A DNA stretch of 7,032 nucleotides, from contig NW_021829077.1 in the NCBI RefSeq assembly GCF_006345805.1, positions 1 to 7,032 on the forward strand, given 5' to 3'. Shown piece after piece: positions 6,330 through 7,032 of the stretch. The stretch comes from Octopus sinensis (Eukaryota). How positions within the stretch are numbered: position 1 is the first letter of the stretch; each line of letters opens with the position of its first letter. Below the pieces are notes generated by a model. It saw only the letters and a program-made list of their open reading frames with translations, was not told the origin of the DNA and ran no database searches. The position numbers and the translations under genes were made by a program.

Positions 6330-7032
6330 GGAGTGGGAGAGAGAGAGCGCGAAAGAGCGTGTGAGAGAGAGAAAGATAGGGGGATGAGGCTAAGATGGAA
6401 GGGAGGGAGTTATCCTGAAGAAAGGGAGAGAAATAAGGAGAAAGAATGAGAGGCAGAAAAAAGGTCGAGAAAGAGGGGAAGAGAGATAGGAAGAGAAAGA
6501 GGGAGGCGGGGAGAGAGAGGGACAGAGAGAGATAAAGGGAGTGGAGAGAGTCAGTGAGTAAGAAAAGAGAGGGAGGGAGATAAAGAAAGTGAGAGAGAAA
6601 GAGAGAGAGGGAAGAGAAGAAGGGAGAGAGGGAAGAGAAGAAGGGAGAGAGGGGAAAGTGAAAGGGAGAGGGAGAGAAAGAGAGAAGGAGAAAGAAAGGC
6701 GACAAAGAGAGAGCGGAAGGGAAAGGGAAGGAGGAGGAATGGATGGTGTCGGGTTGTGAGGATGCTTGATTTGGAAGAAAAACAAAAGGGGTCAGAAAAG
6801 GGAGAGTGTGGTTTACGTAGTGATTGGCAGGAAGGGAGAGGAAGGGGAAAAGGAGATATTACATAATAGTGAGAGGACGGGGAGGGAAAGAGAATGGGAA
6901 GGAAAGAGAGGGAGAATGTAAGGGGGAAGGAGAGGAAAAAGAAAGAGAAAAAAGGTGTGCAAGAATGAGGGATAGCTTAGAAACAATAGTGGAAGAAATA
7001 TTAGGTGGGGTTGGGCGTGGAGGGAGAGGAAA
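5937..7032 (+). repeat. Polypurine (GA-rich) low-complexity tract with (GA)n and (GATA)n runs and a 21-bp tandem
   Basis: The + strand is strongly purine-biased to the window end. (GA)n runs at ~6185-6208 and ~6307-6328. gagagagggaagagaagaagg x2.4 at 6603-6653. Confidence 0.92.
6014..6050 (+). other. Potential G-quadruplex motif
   Basis: G-tracts at 6014-16, 6022-25, 6030-32, 6036-39 and 6046-50 with loops of 5, 4, 3 and 6 nt fit G3+N1-7. Sequence potential only. Confidence 0.4.

Noticed and set aside
6073-6785. ORFs of 210 aa and 131 aa on the minus strand
   Set aside because: The S/L/P/F-only composition reflects the polypyrimidine strand, which cannot readily form stop codons.

Overview
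This is eukaryotic, repeat-saturated DNA with no recognisable host gene, RNA gene or CRISPR array. The SINE sequences resemble octopus tRNA-derived SINEs as I recall them, so an octopod origin is likely but unverified. The backbone is a dead RTE-clade LINE on the minus strand (~1490-4615), which later insertions have split. These are a 606-bp solo LTR (3679-4284, TG...CA, 4-bp TSD GATG, whose removal restores the RTE frame exactly), two ~94%-identical SINEs in inverted orientation with intact TSDs (1818-2049 +, 2378-2609 -), and a ~210-bp interruption holding an orphan retroposon 3' tail. To the left are a Helitron-like 5' end, a second SINE family interrupted in its microsatellite by a CR1-type LINE 3' fragment, and an (AC)24 run. 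To the right are a ~162-173-bp tandem array (~4660-5680) and a >1-kb polypurine tract. All ORF-track entries are microsatellite or low-complexity artefacts, SINE read-through, chance ORFs, or pieces of the dead LINE. I see no convincing new biological system. The best leads are the CpG- and palindrome-rich solo LTR (promoter motifs plus a strand-specific bulged hairpin) and the inverted SINE pair as a potential dsRNA editing substrate. All protein and family assignments were made by eye, without database searches.
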